DNA from: Candidatus Heimdallarchaeota archaeon
Lineage (GTDB): Archaea > Asgardarchaeota > Heimdallarchaeia > Hodarchaeales > Hodarchaeaceae
Assembly (NCBI GenBank): GCA_020353515.1
Contig: CP070695.1
Span: 3,552,050-3,616,049, forward strand
Direction of reading: 5' to 3'
Length of the DNA stretch: 64,000 bases
The position numbers and the translations under genes are program-made. This document shows, one piece after another, positions 29,341-38,284 of this stretch. The notes under the pieces were generated by a model. It did no database searches, was not told the origin of the DNA, and saw only the letters and a program-made list of their open reading frames with translations. Every line of letters begins with the position of its first letter. The first letter of the stretch is position 1.

Positions 29341-30609
29341 ATGGTATTTATAATGGACTTAGAAAATACTTTCTTTGAGTTAATTGATAAAGTAAATAAT
29401 GCTTTGGATAATACAACGCAAATTAATGCTAGAAAATATGCTTTAGAATTGATTACAAATCAGAAGAACTATTCACTTGAGAAAATCCCTAAAACCGAGT
29501 TAAAAGAAAAACTCCGACGTATTAAAGAAGATTGGCTTGATAAAATACCAGATTTATTAAAATTAGCAAAGCAAGGATTGAATTCTGTTGGGTGTGAAAT
29601 CTATTATGCCGAGACTCCAGATGAAGCACTCCAATATATAGAAAATATCGTGGGAAGCAAGAAATTAGTTGTGAAATCAAAAACAAATGCAGGATCGGAA
29701 ATTGGTCTTGTAAAATATCTTGAATCACGCAGAAATGAGGTTATCGAAACTGATCTAGGCGATCGGATTGTTCAGATGAGGAAAGAAAGAGGTACTCATC
29801 CAATTGCGCCAGCTATTCATGTTTCCAGAGAAGAAGTAGCTGAAATTTTCGAACTACCATCATCTGCAACAGTTGACGAAATTATAGCTAAAGCAAGAGG
29901 AGAAATTCGCAAGTATATTGTTGCTGCTGATGTTGGAATTTCAGGCTGCAATGCACTTGCTGCAGAAGAAGGTGCAATATTTCTTTGTGAAAATGAAGGA
30001 AATATACGATTCATATCGAATGCACCACCGATACATATTGCCATTTGTCCTTTGAATAAGATTGTACCAAACATTGACACAGCTTTCACTCAAATTAGAT
30101 TACTCTCTGTTTATGCAACAGGTCAAATAACACCTGTATATTTGTCAATGATTTCTGGTCCAAGCAAAACAGGTGATATTGAGTTTGATGTACGAAATGG
30201 AATGCATGGTCCAAAAGAAGTTCATGTGATATTGCTTGACAATCATCGAATAGAAGCTAGTAAGAGTCCTCTGAAAGAATCTCTACTTTGTATAGGGTGT
30301 GGTTCTTGTATTAATGAGTGTCCAGTTTATGAGCAATTAGGAATTGCCTTTGGAGGGCCAACATATGTTGGTCCGATTGGTATTGTTCACACAGCAGTTT
30401 TAACTGGGATCCAAACAGCAGTGGAATCAGGTCTAAATTTTTGTACAATGTGTAAGAGATGTGCCGATGTTTGTCCAGTTGATATTCCAATACCTGATCT
30501 CATCAAATATATAAGAGAATGTGCAACAGAAAAGGGATTCCTTTTACCTCCACTAGCAGACATTGAAAAGAGAATCGAGATGACTGGAAATCCATTTGGA
30601 AAAGTGTGA
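29341..30609 (+). CDS. lutB: LutB-like lactate utilisation Fe-S protein (LUD domain plus two 4Fe-4S motifs)
   Basis: VKSKT, ETDLGD, HPIAPAIH, ENEGN, GPSKTGDIE, GMHGPKEVH; CIGCGSCINECP and CTMCKRCADVCP. Confidence 0.88.
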   Translation: MVFIMDLENTFFELIDKVNNALDNTTQINARKYALELITNQKNYSLEKIPKTELKEKLRRIKEDWLDKIPDLLKLAKQGLNSVGCEIYYAETPDEALQYIENIVGSKKLVVKSKTNAGSEIGLVKYLESRRNEVIETDLGDRIVQMRKERGTHPIAPAIHVSREEVAEIFELPSSATVDEIIAKARGEIRKYIVAADVGISGCNALAAEEGAIFLCENEGNIRFISNAPPIHIAICPLNKIVPNIDTAFTQIRLLSVYATGQITPVYLSMISGPSKTGDIEFDVRNGMHGPKEVHVILLDNHRIEASKSPLKESLLCIGCGSCINECPVYEQLGIAFGGPTYVGPIGIVHTAVLTGIQTAVESGLNFCTMCKRCADVCPVDIPIPDLIKYIRECATEKGFLLPPLADIEKRIEMTGNPFGKV

Positions 30610-31316
30610 GAATAATGGTAGGAAATATTCTTCTATTTCATGGTTGTATGAACCGTTTCTATACCTCTCGAATTTCTGAAGCAACAGAAAAAATATTAAC
30701 AAAAGCAAAGGTTGAGTACATAAATTTAGACAACGAGGAGTGTTGTGGATTCATCTTATATGAAAATGGACAAGAAAAAACAGCAAAAGGATTAATGAAG
30801 AAGAATCAAGAGATTTTTTCAGGATTAAAGGAAGTCGATACAATTCTTACCAGCTGTCCCACATGTGCTTATATTTTCAAAAAACATTATCCAAAATATC
30901 TGAAAAATTTCGATTATAACATTATTCACGTTACAGAATTACTGGCAAGGTTAATCGAAGAGAAAAAAATTGATATTCCTAAGAAAAATATTAGTGTTAC
31001 TTATCACGATCCATGTCATCTTTTACGAGGCCTCCAGATCACCGAAGAACCACGGAACATTTTAAACGCTGTATTGGAAGGAAATATTATGGAAATGGAT
31101 CATTCTCGTGAAGCGTCAAAATGTTGTGGTGCTGGAAGTGGTGTACGCCTTTCATTTAGTCGAATTGCCCAAACTCTTGCACGAGATCGTATTGCAGAAG
31201 CAAAAAAAACTGATGCTTCTGTACTAGTAACGTCATGTCCCACGTGTATGCTTCATCTTCAAGAAAATGCAAAAATTCTAAAAGTAATAGATATTGTTGA
31301 AATAATTAATCTTTAA
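30606..31316 (+). CDS. CCG-domain Fe-S oxidoreductase subunit (LutA/GlpC/HdrD-like)
   Basis: FHGC, EECCG, TSCPTC, YHDPCHL, KCCGAG, TSCPTC; GTGA overlap with lutB. Confidence 0.88.
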   Translation: MRIMVGNILLFHGCMNRFYTSRISEATEKILTKAKVEYINLDNEECCGFILYENGQEKTAKGLMKKNQEIFSGLKEVDTILTSCPTCAYIFKKHYPKYLKNFDYNIIHVTELLARLIEEKKIDIPKKNISVTYHDPCHLLRGLQITEEPRNILNAVLEGNIMEMDHSREASKCCGAGSGVRLSFSRIAQTLARDRIAEAKKTDASVLVTSCPTCMLHLQENAKILKVIDIVEIINL

Positions 31317-31358
31317 CTTCCTTGAGGTTCATTCTATAGAGTAAAATGATGAACAGTT

Positions 31359-32228
31359 ATGGATTTCTTGTTAGTTCATTTGAGCAGTATACAACAAGTA
31401 GCTCGGTTATTATCTGAGATTTTAGCTTTTTTTGGCTTCTTTGGAATAGCTTTTTCCATTGGAATACTCTTACGAAATTATTTACGTACAAAATCCCTTG
31501 ATTATCTTATCGTCGCAGGTATATTCTTTTTCATGAGTTTAATCTTATTTATAGGTGTGTTTGCTGTTCAAATAGTCCCTCCGATATCAGAACCTTTAGA
31601 GAAAATAACTCTATTTATTGTTGCTATTCTTTGGGGTATTCTAATTTTTCTCATTTTTCTTCATGTCCTTAGATTGAAATATGATTGGAATTCAATTCCC
31701 AAAATTTTATGGTTTTTTACAGTCTTATGGTATTTGTTATATTCAATAGTCGCATTTCTCATAACTTCTTTGGAGACCATATCTGGAATAATCTATACTC
31801 TCTCTATTTTTGTAATATTTATGTCTTATTTGACGATTGGAGTTTTTTTAACATTTGTTTATATTTCAGTGACTCCTGTCAAACCAACTGATAGAATTGA
31901 ATTAGTCAGAAAAGTGTATATACTGTTTGGAATAATTATGATAATGATGAGCTTAAACCAATTTCTTTTTGGATCTCTTTTCATCATTACGAATGACATA
32001 AACCTATTGAGTTTAGCTATGGCAATTCAGAGTCTTCTTGGTATCATTCAGGGTTTACCTATCCTCTATATTTGTGTATTTTACCCTGAATTATTGTTGA
32101 TTTCTCATGTACAAATTCTTAGAGCAATAAAATTGTATAAGAAAGTAAAACAAATGCCTATTGAACACTTGAGAGGGGATAAATTACTCACTTATCTAAA
32201 TAGCATCCCTGAATCCTGCTTTGATTGA
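31359..32228 (+). CDS. Seven-transmembrane protein of unknown function
   Basis: Seven hydrophobic segments counted by eye, followed by a short soluble tail. Confidence 0.75.
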   Translation: MDFLLVHLSSIQQVARLLSEILAFFGFFGIAFSIGILLRNYLRTKSLDYLIVAGIFFFMSLILFIGVFAVQIVPPISEPLEKITLFIVAILWGILIFLIFLHVLRLKYDWNSIPKILWFFTVLWYLLYSIVAFLITSLETISGIIYTLSIFVIFMSYLTIGVFLTFVYISVTPVKPTDRIELVRKVYILFGIIMIMMSLNQFLFGSLFIITNDINLLSLAMAIQSLLGIIQGLPILYICVFYPELLLISHVQILRAIKLYKKVKQMPIEHLRGDKLLTYLNSIPESCFD

Positions 32229-32381
32229 ATTACTGTGTATTACCAAATGAGTTACAATCTTCATAGCATTCTTTTTATATGCTTGAATTTTATTCTGGGA
32301 AGCCTATCCGAAATAATGAAGGAGTAGGATACTTGAGATTAATATAATGAAACCTGAAATAATCAAATAAATATCGAGATG

Positions 32382-32996
32382 CTACCCTAATGATCGGAAC
32401 TGTTTCCTAAAATTGATTTCTCTCACTTGATGGTCAACACTGGTTTCTACCTCACGCATTGGAACCTTTTGAGGGGAAAGTACACCAAAAGAGCGACCAA
32501 ATCCAGTCTTACCAAGCTGAGCTAGGGTTCCTAAAGACAATTCTATTATTCCCAAAACGAGAAAAACGTCAGTAAAGGAGATTAGAATTTGTTGGAAGCT
32601 GAAAATGAGCATAAGAAAAAAGGAAACTAATATCGTAATAACTAGGAGAATGAATAACGGAAATAATAGTTTAATTCTTTTTATCTTTCCGTATTTTAAT
32701 TCCTCTTCCTTTAATGATTTAACACTGATTTCCCCTTCCAATGGAAATATTAGCAATCTGTCTTCTGGAAGCTGAATAGACCTAAAATATTTATTTATCC
32801 GCTTCAAAAGAAGGTAAAAGGATACATTCGAGATTTTTCCCTTGAGGAACCTTCTTTTCTGTTTTTCATACAACCTTTTCCATTCGTTCCAAGTCTTTTC
32901 TATATCTGTTCCAAAACTTAAATCGGAAAAAATGCTATCAACAGCTATTATAGCCAATTTTAGCGTCGAATCCTCTTCTGTAACCTCCACTGCCAA
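32382..32996 (-). CDS. Membrane protein; frame continues past TAG to 32304
   Basis: Soluble N-domain and two TMs; 25 further mostly hydrophobic codons follow the TAG in frame. Confidence 0.65.
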   Translation of the reverse strand: MAVEVTEEDSTLKLAIIAVDSIFSDLSFGTDIEKTWNEWKRLYEKQKRRFLKGKISNVSFYLLLKRINKYFRSIQLPEDRLLIFPLEGEISVKSLKEEELKYGKIKRIKLLFPLFILLVITILVSFFLMLIFSFQQILISFTDVFLVLGIIELSLGTLAQLGKTGFGRSFGVLSPQKVPMREVETSVDHQVREINFRKQFRSLG

Positions 32997-33014
32997 CTGA
33001 ATCAGCCCAAAGAA

Positions 33015-33482
33015 TTATAAGGGTTTCATATTCCACATCTTATACGTTTCATATATAAAAATTCCAGCTGCACTTAATGAGAATAGAAGAAATAAGAACT
33101 CGACTGGTGTGATATTTCCTTTAAAGAGAATGATTAAAATTGATAATAAAGACCCAATAGAAAAGAACGACAAATATAAAAGCATACGTGGTATCATCTT
33201 CCGGCCAATTTTGATATATAATCCCATTATACCCTCTTTCACTTCTGATTTCACAAGATACTTTCCTGTCTTTTCAGATTGAATTACTAGTTCTGCTTGG
33301 ACAAGTTTGTTTATATGGTATGAAACTGTGGAAGGAGAAGGGATCTTTAGTTCCTTTTGTATTTCACGAATTCCAGAACTACCATGAGTAAGAAGGTACC
33401 AATATATTTGAAGGGTTTTTCCTCTCAGAAGGTCTTCTGTGTCTCCACTCATAAAATCGTGCAGTAGTAAATCCATGTACAC
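33015..33482 (-). CDS. Membrane-anchored winged-helix (ArsR-like) transcription regulator
   Basis: LRGKTLQIYWYLLTHGSSGIREIQKELKIPSPSTVSYHINKLVQAELV followed by two C-terminal TMs. Confidence 0.87.
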   Translation of the reverse strand: MYMDLLLHDFMSGDTEDLLRGKTLQIYWYLLTHGSSGIREIQKELKIPSPSTVSYHINKLVQAELVIQSEKTGKYLVKSEVKEGIMGLYIKIGRKMIPRMLLYLSFFSIGSLLSILIILFKGNITPVEFLFLLFSLSAAGIFIYETYKMWNMKPL

Positions 33483-33548
33483 AAAAATGTTTTGTTAGAG
33501 GAAAAATTTGAAAAAAGAAGAAGAAAGGAAATTGTTCCTTCTAAAATG

Positions 33549-34286
33549 TCAAACTGGAAATGTTTCATAAATTAAATCTTCAAAACTTTGAATGGCTGTT
33601 AAGAAGAGTTGTGCATCAGAAAGGGGGAGAAAAACTAGATCGTCAAAATTGTAGGCAACATTTACAGTATTTATTCCAAAATGGGTATGTTGAGATAACT
33701 CCCAGGTCCCATTTAATACACTAAGGACGCTGTGTTCTTTTGAAAAAATAAGTGATAACGAAGTACCGTCTTCATATGCAATATCACAAATGAAAGAAGG
33801 TGGGAAAATGTCCATTATATCAGTAAGAGTCTGACTCGTATCATTTAAAACCTCAATTGCACCACGAAAATTGGCCATAACATCATTCAGATCTTGTTGA
33901 TTAATATCAGCTAATTCAGCTACTGGTTCATGAATCAAAGCCATTTTCGGGATATCATTTACTAATCCAACACGAATTCCATCAATATATAATGGAGTAT
34001 AGTGCATACTAAGATTAAAATTAACCCAGGTATTGTTATAACACCAAACATAAGAAATATTATCTTCAGAAGCAGCCATTCTAGCAGCAATCTGGGCACC
34101 TATTCCTCCCTCTGGTATTTCGCCATTGCCATTACCATCACCATTACCATTCCCATTCCCATTTTCATGATTCGTATCTTGGTTGTTTAATATATTGTAA
34201 GCAATGATAAAAGCACTAGTAGCGATAATCCCGCCGATCACAATTGCAATGATACCGTACTTTAAAATATTACCATTTAATGCCAT
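33549..34286 (-). CDS. Membrane-anchored extracellular protein with Gly-Asn linker
   Basis: N-terminal TM, NGNGNGNGDGNGNG linker, acidic globular domain. Confidence 0.78.
   Translation of the reverse strand: MALNGNILKYGIIAIVIGGIIATSAFIIAYNILNNQDTNHENGNGNGNGDGNGNGEIPEGGIGAQIAARMAASEDNISYVWCYNNTWVNFNLSMHYTPLYIDGIRVGLVNDIPKMALIHEPVAELADINQQDLNDVMANFRGAIEVLNDTSQTLTDIMDIFPPSFICDIAYEDGTSLSLIFSKEHSVLSVLNGTWELSQHTHFGINTVNVAYNFDDLVFLPLSDAQLFLTAIQSFEDLIYETFPV
34122..34163 (-). repeat. Degenerate 6-bp coding repeat encoding (Asn-Gly)n
   Basis: CCATTG CCATTA CCATCA CCATTA CCATTC CCATTC CCATTT on + strand. Confidence 0.8.
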
Positions 34287-34353
34287 AATTCAAAACATCC
34301 TTTGGTTAGAATCCAAGATATATTAAAAATGAATTATTTAAAAGGTTGTACAA

Positions 34354-34402
34354 TAGAACAAATTGTTTCTAATATAGAACATGATGTTCTAATGTAAGAA
34401 CA
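34354..34402. promoter_or_regulatory. Array of AGAACA-N3-TGTTCT operator-like sites with 21-bp period
   Basis: TAGAACA-AAT-TGTTTCTA (34354), perfect TAGAACA-TGA-TGTTCTA (34375), half-site AGAACA (34397); just upstream of minus-strand TATA-like TTTTAAATA (34335-34343). Confidence 0.7.
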
Positions 34403-34516
34403 AAGACCTAATATCACTAGTAATTAAAGAATTAATTATTTCAAAGAGTGTACATAAAAAAATAAATAAATTAAATTAGCTTTTTCATAAAATGTTGAAA
34501 TTTAATGTGAATAAAG

Positions 34517-35020
34517 ATGAATCCTAACAGGCAAGAAAGAAAAATCGGACCAATAATATCAAAAGAATTTCAAAATAGTTGGAATATGTTACGACAAGCC
34601 GTTGAAAATATTTCTGACGAATTTTGGTTAACCACGATTAATGAATGGTCGTTTTCATGGACCATATACCATATAATTGAAACAGCTGAGTTTTATAGTC
34701 ATAGTACACCTTTAGGAATGGAATGGGGAAAATATGCGGGAATTAATTGGGAAGTGGATTCGGAAGATGAAATTAACAAGAAAAAATCATTAATAACAAA
34801 AGAAGTCATTTTAAATTATCTTGAAGATATTGAGAAGAGAATTTCTAATTACTTCACTAATGTTACTGATTATGATTTGTTTGACACCGACGGATTTGAT
34901 AATGGTAATCTTTATGTTATAGAAAAGATGATATATTTATTAAGACATAATATGCACCACATTGGGGAACTGAATAAAGTACTAAGGGATTCAAACTGTC
35001 AACGAATAAGTTGGCGATAA
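34517..35020 (+). CDS. DinB/YfiT-superfamily protein
   Basis: WTIYHIIE and YLLRHNMHHIGEL metal-binding histidines. Confidence 0.88.
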   Translation: MNPNRQERKIGPIISKEFQNSWNMLRQAVENISDEFWLTTINEWSFSWTIYHIIETAEFYSHSTPLGMEWGKYAGINWEVDSEDEINKKKSLITKEVILNYLEDIEKRISNYFTNVTDYDLFDTDGFDNGNLYVIEKMIYLLRHNMHHIGELNKVLRDSNCQRISWR

Positions 35021-35075
35021 AACTACGATTATTTACCAAAAAAATAAAAGGAAGTGGAATAAAACGTCTTGGTCA

Positions 35076-35861
35076 TTGGAGGAACTGAAATCATTTCGGG
35101 AGCAAAATCATACTACTGAAACAATTCTAGATAAAATAAACTGGAAGTATTATGATATTGGAAATATGGGGTCAGATATTGCCATTGTTTTTTTACATGG
35201 AACTATTGGGAACGAAGAAATATTTTGGATTCAAATGGAGTCATTAATGAGTACCTATCGGATAATAAGCTTCGACCTACCTCCTATAATAGGAGTTGAT
35301 GCATTATCTCAAGGAATATATGAAATACTTAGCAAATTTAATGTAAAAAGAATAGTCTTGATTGGGACATCGTTCGGCGGATATTTAGCCCAATTTTTCT
35401 CGTTTAAATATAAGGAAATGGTTCAAAAACTTGTTCTTTCGAATACTTTCAAAACAACTCACCTTTACAACCAGAAATACAAAAGATTACTCATGCTTGA
35501 GAAGTTAATCCCAACTTTTCTAATAAAAAGATTCATGAGAAAAGGTCTGTTATCACTCGAACATGAACGAACTCGCGATTATCTTCTTAGCCAATTAAAG
35601 CATCAACTAACAAAAAAGACACTTATGGCTCGATTGAAGAGTTTTATTACAGACGTGGAACTCAACAATGCGCCAATAGACCAAGTACTAATCATCGAAA
35701 CAATAAAAGATCCATTGGTACCAGAACAATTACAAGATGAGTTAAAAAAGGCATACCCAGAAGCTTCTGTAAAGACGTTTGGAAAAGAAGCGAACCATTT
35801 CCCTTATCTTACAATGGGTGATGATTATACTCGAACTTTGATAGACTTTCTAGAGAATTAG
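35076..35861 (+). CDS. Alpha/beta hydrolase, maspardin-like
   Basis: WKYYDIG, VFLHGT, GTSFGGYLAQ, LVLSNT, DPLV, NHFPYL. Confidence 0.85.
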   Translation: MEELKSFREQNHTTETILDKINWKYYDIGNMGSDIAIVFLHGTIGNEEIFWIQMESLMSTYRIISFDLPPIIGVDALSQGIYEILSKFNVKRIVLIGTSFGGYLAQFFSFKYKEMVQKLVLSNTFKTTHLYNQKYKRLLMLEKLIPTFLIKRFMRKGLLSLEHERTRDYLLSQLKHQLTKKTLMARLKSFITDVELNNAPIDQVLIIETIKDPLVPEQLQDELKKAYPEASVKTFGKEANHFPYLTMGDDYTRTLIDFLEN

Positions 35862-35893
35862 GATTTTCACTAGTTAAAGGAAATGATTAATTT

Positions 35894-36859
35894 ATGGATC
35901 GAAGTGCTAGTATTTGTAAATCGGTCTTGGATGTAATTGGAAATACGCCAATAATCGAATTATCTCGATTAACAAAAGTTTTAGATGGCAAAATTTTAGC
36001 GAAGATGGATTATCTGAATCCAGGATTCTCAAAAAAGGATAGAATAGCTTTACAAATGATACAAGAAGCAGAACATTCAGGTGCATTAAAACCAAACCAA
36101 ACTGTAGTAGAGTTAACTAGTGGCAATACAGGGACAGGTCTAGCAATTGTTTGTGGGATTAAAGGATATCCATTCATTGCAGTCATGAGTAAGGGGAATA
36201 CAAATGAAAGAGCTCGAATGATGAGGGCACTGGGGGCTGAGGTTATTCTAGTTGAACAAGCTCCAGGATCAACACCAGGTACCGTTTCTGGGGAATCTTT
36301 GGAATTAGTAGAACAAGAAACAAACCGTATAGTAGAAGAATATGGAGCTTTCCGATGTGATCAATTTAATTTAAATGGAAATTTTAATGCGTGGTATTTA
36401 CGCGCAGCAAGGGAAATTATCCAACAGACAAAAGGTAATTTTGATGGTTTCTGTGATTTTATGGGCACCGGCGGAACATTTGCAGGATTATGCAGAGCCT
36501 TTAAGGAATTTAATCCCAAAATTCAATGCTATGTTATAGAGCCAATTAATGCTGCAGTTGTTGCAGGGAACAAAGTTCTAAGTAGTGGTGATCACAAAAT
36601 CCAAGGTGGAGGGTATGCAATGTCTAATTTAATGTTTCTTAAGAATTTATCTATCGATGGCGCATTACAAGTTACAGATGAGGAAGCTTATGCTATTACA
36701 AGAAGATTGGCCAAAGAAGAAGGGATTTTTGCAGGTCCTTCCTCTGGCGCTAATGTTCACGGAGCACTGCAGCTCCTTAAGGGACCATTAAAAGGGAAAA
36801 CAGTTTTTGTTGTACTCCCTGACTCAGGACTCAAATACTTAAGTACTGATTTATGGTAG
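35894..36859 (+). CDS. Cysteine synthase family PLP enzyme (CysK/CysM-like)
   Basis: IGNTPII, NPGFSKKDR, TSGNTG, DQF, GTGGT, HKIQGGG, EEGIFAGPSSGA, PDSGLKYLST. Confidence 0.92.
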   Translation: MDRSASICKSVLDVIGNTPIIELSRLTKVLDGKILAKMDYLNPGFSKKDRIALQMIQEAEHSGALKPNQTVVELTSGNTGTGLAIVCGIKGYPFIAVMSKGNTNERARMMRALGAEVILVEQAPGSTPGTVSGESLELVEQETNRIVEEYGAFRCDQFNLNGNFNAWYLRAAREIIQQTKGNFDGFCDFMGTGGTFAGLCRAFKEFNPKIQCYVIEPINAAVVAGNKVLSSGDHKIQGGGYAMSNLMFLKNLSIDGALQVTDEEAYAITRRLAKEEGIFAGPSSGANVHGALQLLKGPLKGKTVFVVLPDSGLKYLSTDLW

Positions 36860-36867
36860 ACATAAAT

Positions 36868-38172
36868 TCATACAGGTCTCAAATTGCCCCATTTTTTTAA
36901 GGCCTTCTGAAGTTCAGGATGCGATTTAGCCTTCTCTTCGAGCGTGATTTCTTCTTGCCATGCCTCAATCGCTTGAACTGTGGCTTTGGTCCCTGCAGGA
37001 GTACCTCCAGGATGGCCATGAATACCTCCACCAACCTGTAGAACCATATCAGTGGTTCCATATACAGTTAGAACTTCTGGAAGAACTCCAGGGTGTAACC
37101 CACCAGAAGCTACAGGTAAGGTGGGTTTAATTTGACCCCATGTTTGCTCAAGTCTTCTACCCTTGTCTTCAGTAATTTCCTGTTTGAGAAGAAGATCTCT
37201 CATATCTAAAACGTCCTCCTTCGGACTATCAAGCTTACCCACAACAGTTCCAATATGGATATTATCAACACCAATTAACCTCATCAATTTAGCTAAGAAG
37301 TACATACTTATACCATGCGTATAATGTTTAGTGAACGTTGCATGCATTGCACGATGTGCGTGTATAGCCATATCTAGATCGCCTGCCAGATTTCTAAGAG
37401 TCTGAACACTTGCAAATCCAGTTGTTACGACATCAACCATGAAATATTTAAATCCATGATCATGAATAACCTTTGTACGGTTTTCCATCTCATGAGTTTC
37501 AGCAGTTACATTAATGAGTGCATCTTTTATTTCACCAGTTTCATTCTCGGCCTTATCTCTAACTTTTGCCATCTGTTCAACACGTTTCTCGAAAACATTA
37601 AATGATTGAGAGGTGAGGTTCTCATCGTCTTTAACCAAATCACCACCAGCGCTCCAAAAGTCCCAAGCTATTTCACAATGCTGTTCTACTGTCATACCAA
37701 TCTTAGGTTTAGGGACGCATGCTAATAAGGGGCCTTCATTCTTTTTGAAGATCCGTTGAATTGCTTCAACTCCCATATGCGGCCCCTTTGATCCTTTAAT
37801 ATATTCTAAAGGAAGAGTCGCATCTATTAGTCTCAAATTCTTAACAGCCTTCATACCAAAGATATTGCCAGCTATCCCAGACATTAGCTGAGGGATATTA
37901 TCTTTTTCCCATAATATCAATGGATAAGCGATTTTTACTAAATGCTTATCATTCCAAAATGCCAATCCTCGCATATCAAATATACGATCATCTAATGTCT
38001 CTAAAGTGGTCCACGTACCAATAGAGGATTCCGAAGCTAACCTCCCAATAGTGTCATCAATTGAAACTTCATCTGATTTATCAAAATAAAAAAGTGCAAC
38101 CAAGTCTTTGTCTTTTGGTTGATAATCTCTCTTAATAAAATCGTGATACCATTCAATTTTCTCTTTTGTCAT
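36868..38172 (-). CDS. rbcL: Ribulose-1,5-bisphosphate carboxylase, form III
   Basis: ASESSIGTW, AGNIFGMKA, PKPKIG, GDLVKDDE, HAHRAMH, HIGTVVGKL, PVASGGLHPG, QVGGGIHGHP. Start taken at ATG 38172 (MTKEK). Confidence 0.95.
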   Translation of the reverse strand: MTKEKIEWYHDFIKRDYQPKDKDLVALFYFDKSDEVSIDDTIGRLASESSIGTWTTLETLDDRIFDMRGLAFWNDKHLVKIAYPLILWEKDNIPQLMSGIAGNIFGMKAVKNLRLIDATLPLEYIKGSKGPHMGVEAIQRIFKKNEGPLLACVPKPKIGMTVEQHCEIAWDFWSAGGDLVKDDENLTSQSFNVFEKRVEQMAKVRDKAENETGEIKDALINVTAETHEMENRTKVIHDHGFKYFMVDVVTTGFASVQTLRNLAGDLDMAIHAHRAMHATFTKHYTHGISMYFLAKLMRLIGVDNIHIGTVVGKLDSPKEDVLDMRDLLLKQEITEDKGRRLEQTWGQIKPTLPVASGGLHPGVLPEVLTVYGTTDMVLQVGGGIHGHPGGTPAGTKATVQAIEAWQEEITLEEKAKSHPELQKALKKWGNLRPV

Positions 38173-38284
38173 GATAAAACCTCTCACAGTTTAGGTTCTC
38201 TTTATTTTTTACTTACTTCAATAGTAAGCTGATTTTTTGTTTATTAATACAGATTATTCTAAGAAATTCTTATCTTTTAAGATG

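Noticed and set aside
12131-31316. Selenocysteine recoding in redox genes (rhodanese, AhpD-like, Lut proteins)
   Set aside because: Catalytic positions are ordinary Cys codons and the TGA stops fall at expected protein ends.
31359-32228. Microbial rhodopsin
   Set aside because: No retinal-binding lysine motif (DxxxK or SxxxK) in the seventh helix.
34376-34390. AGAACA-N3-TGTTCT equals the vertebrate steroid hormone response element and resembles the Firmicutes LexA box
   Set aside because: Coincidental for nuclear receptors; the LexA box GAAC-N4-GTTC has a 4-nt spacer whereas this has 5. Kept only as a generic operator.
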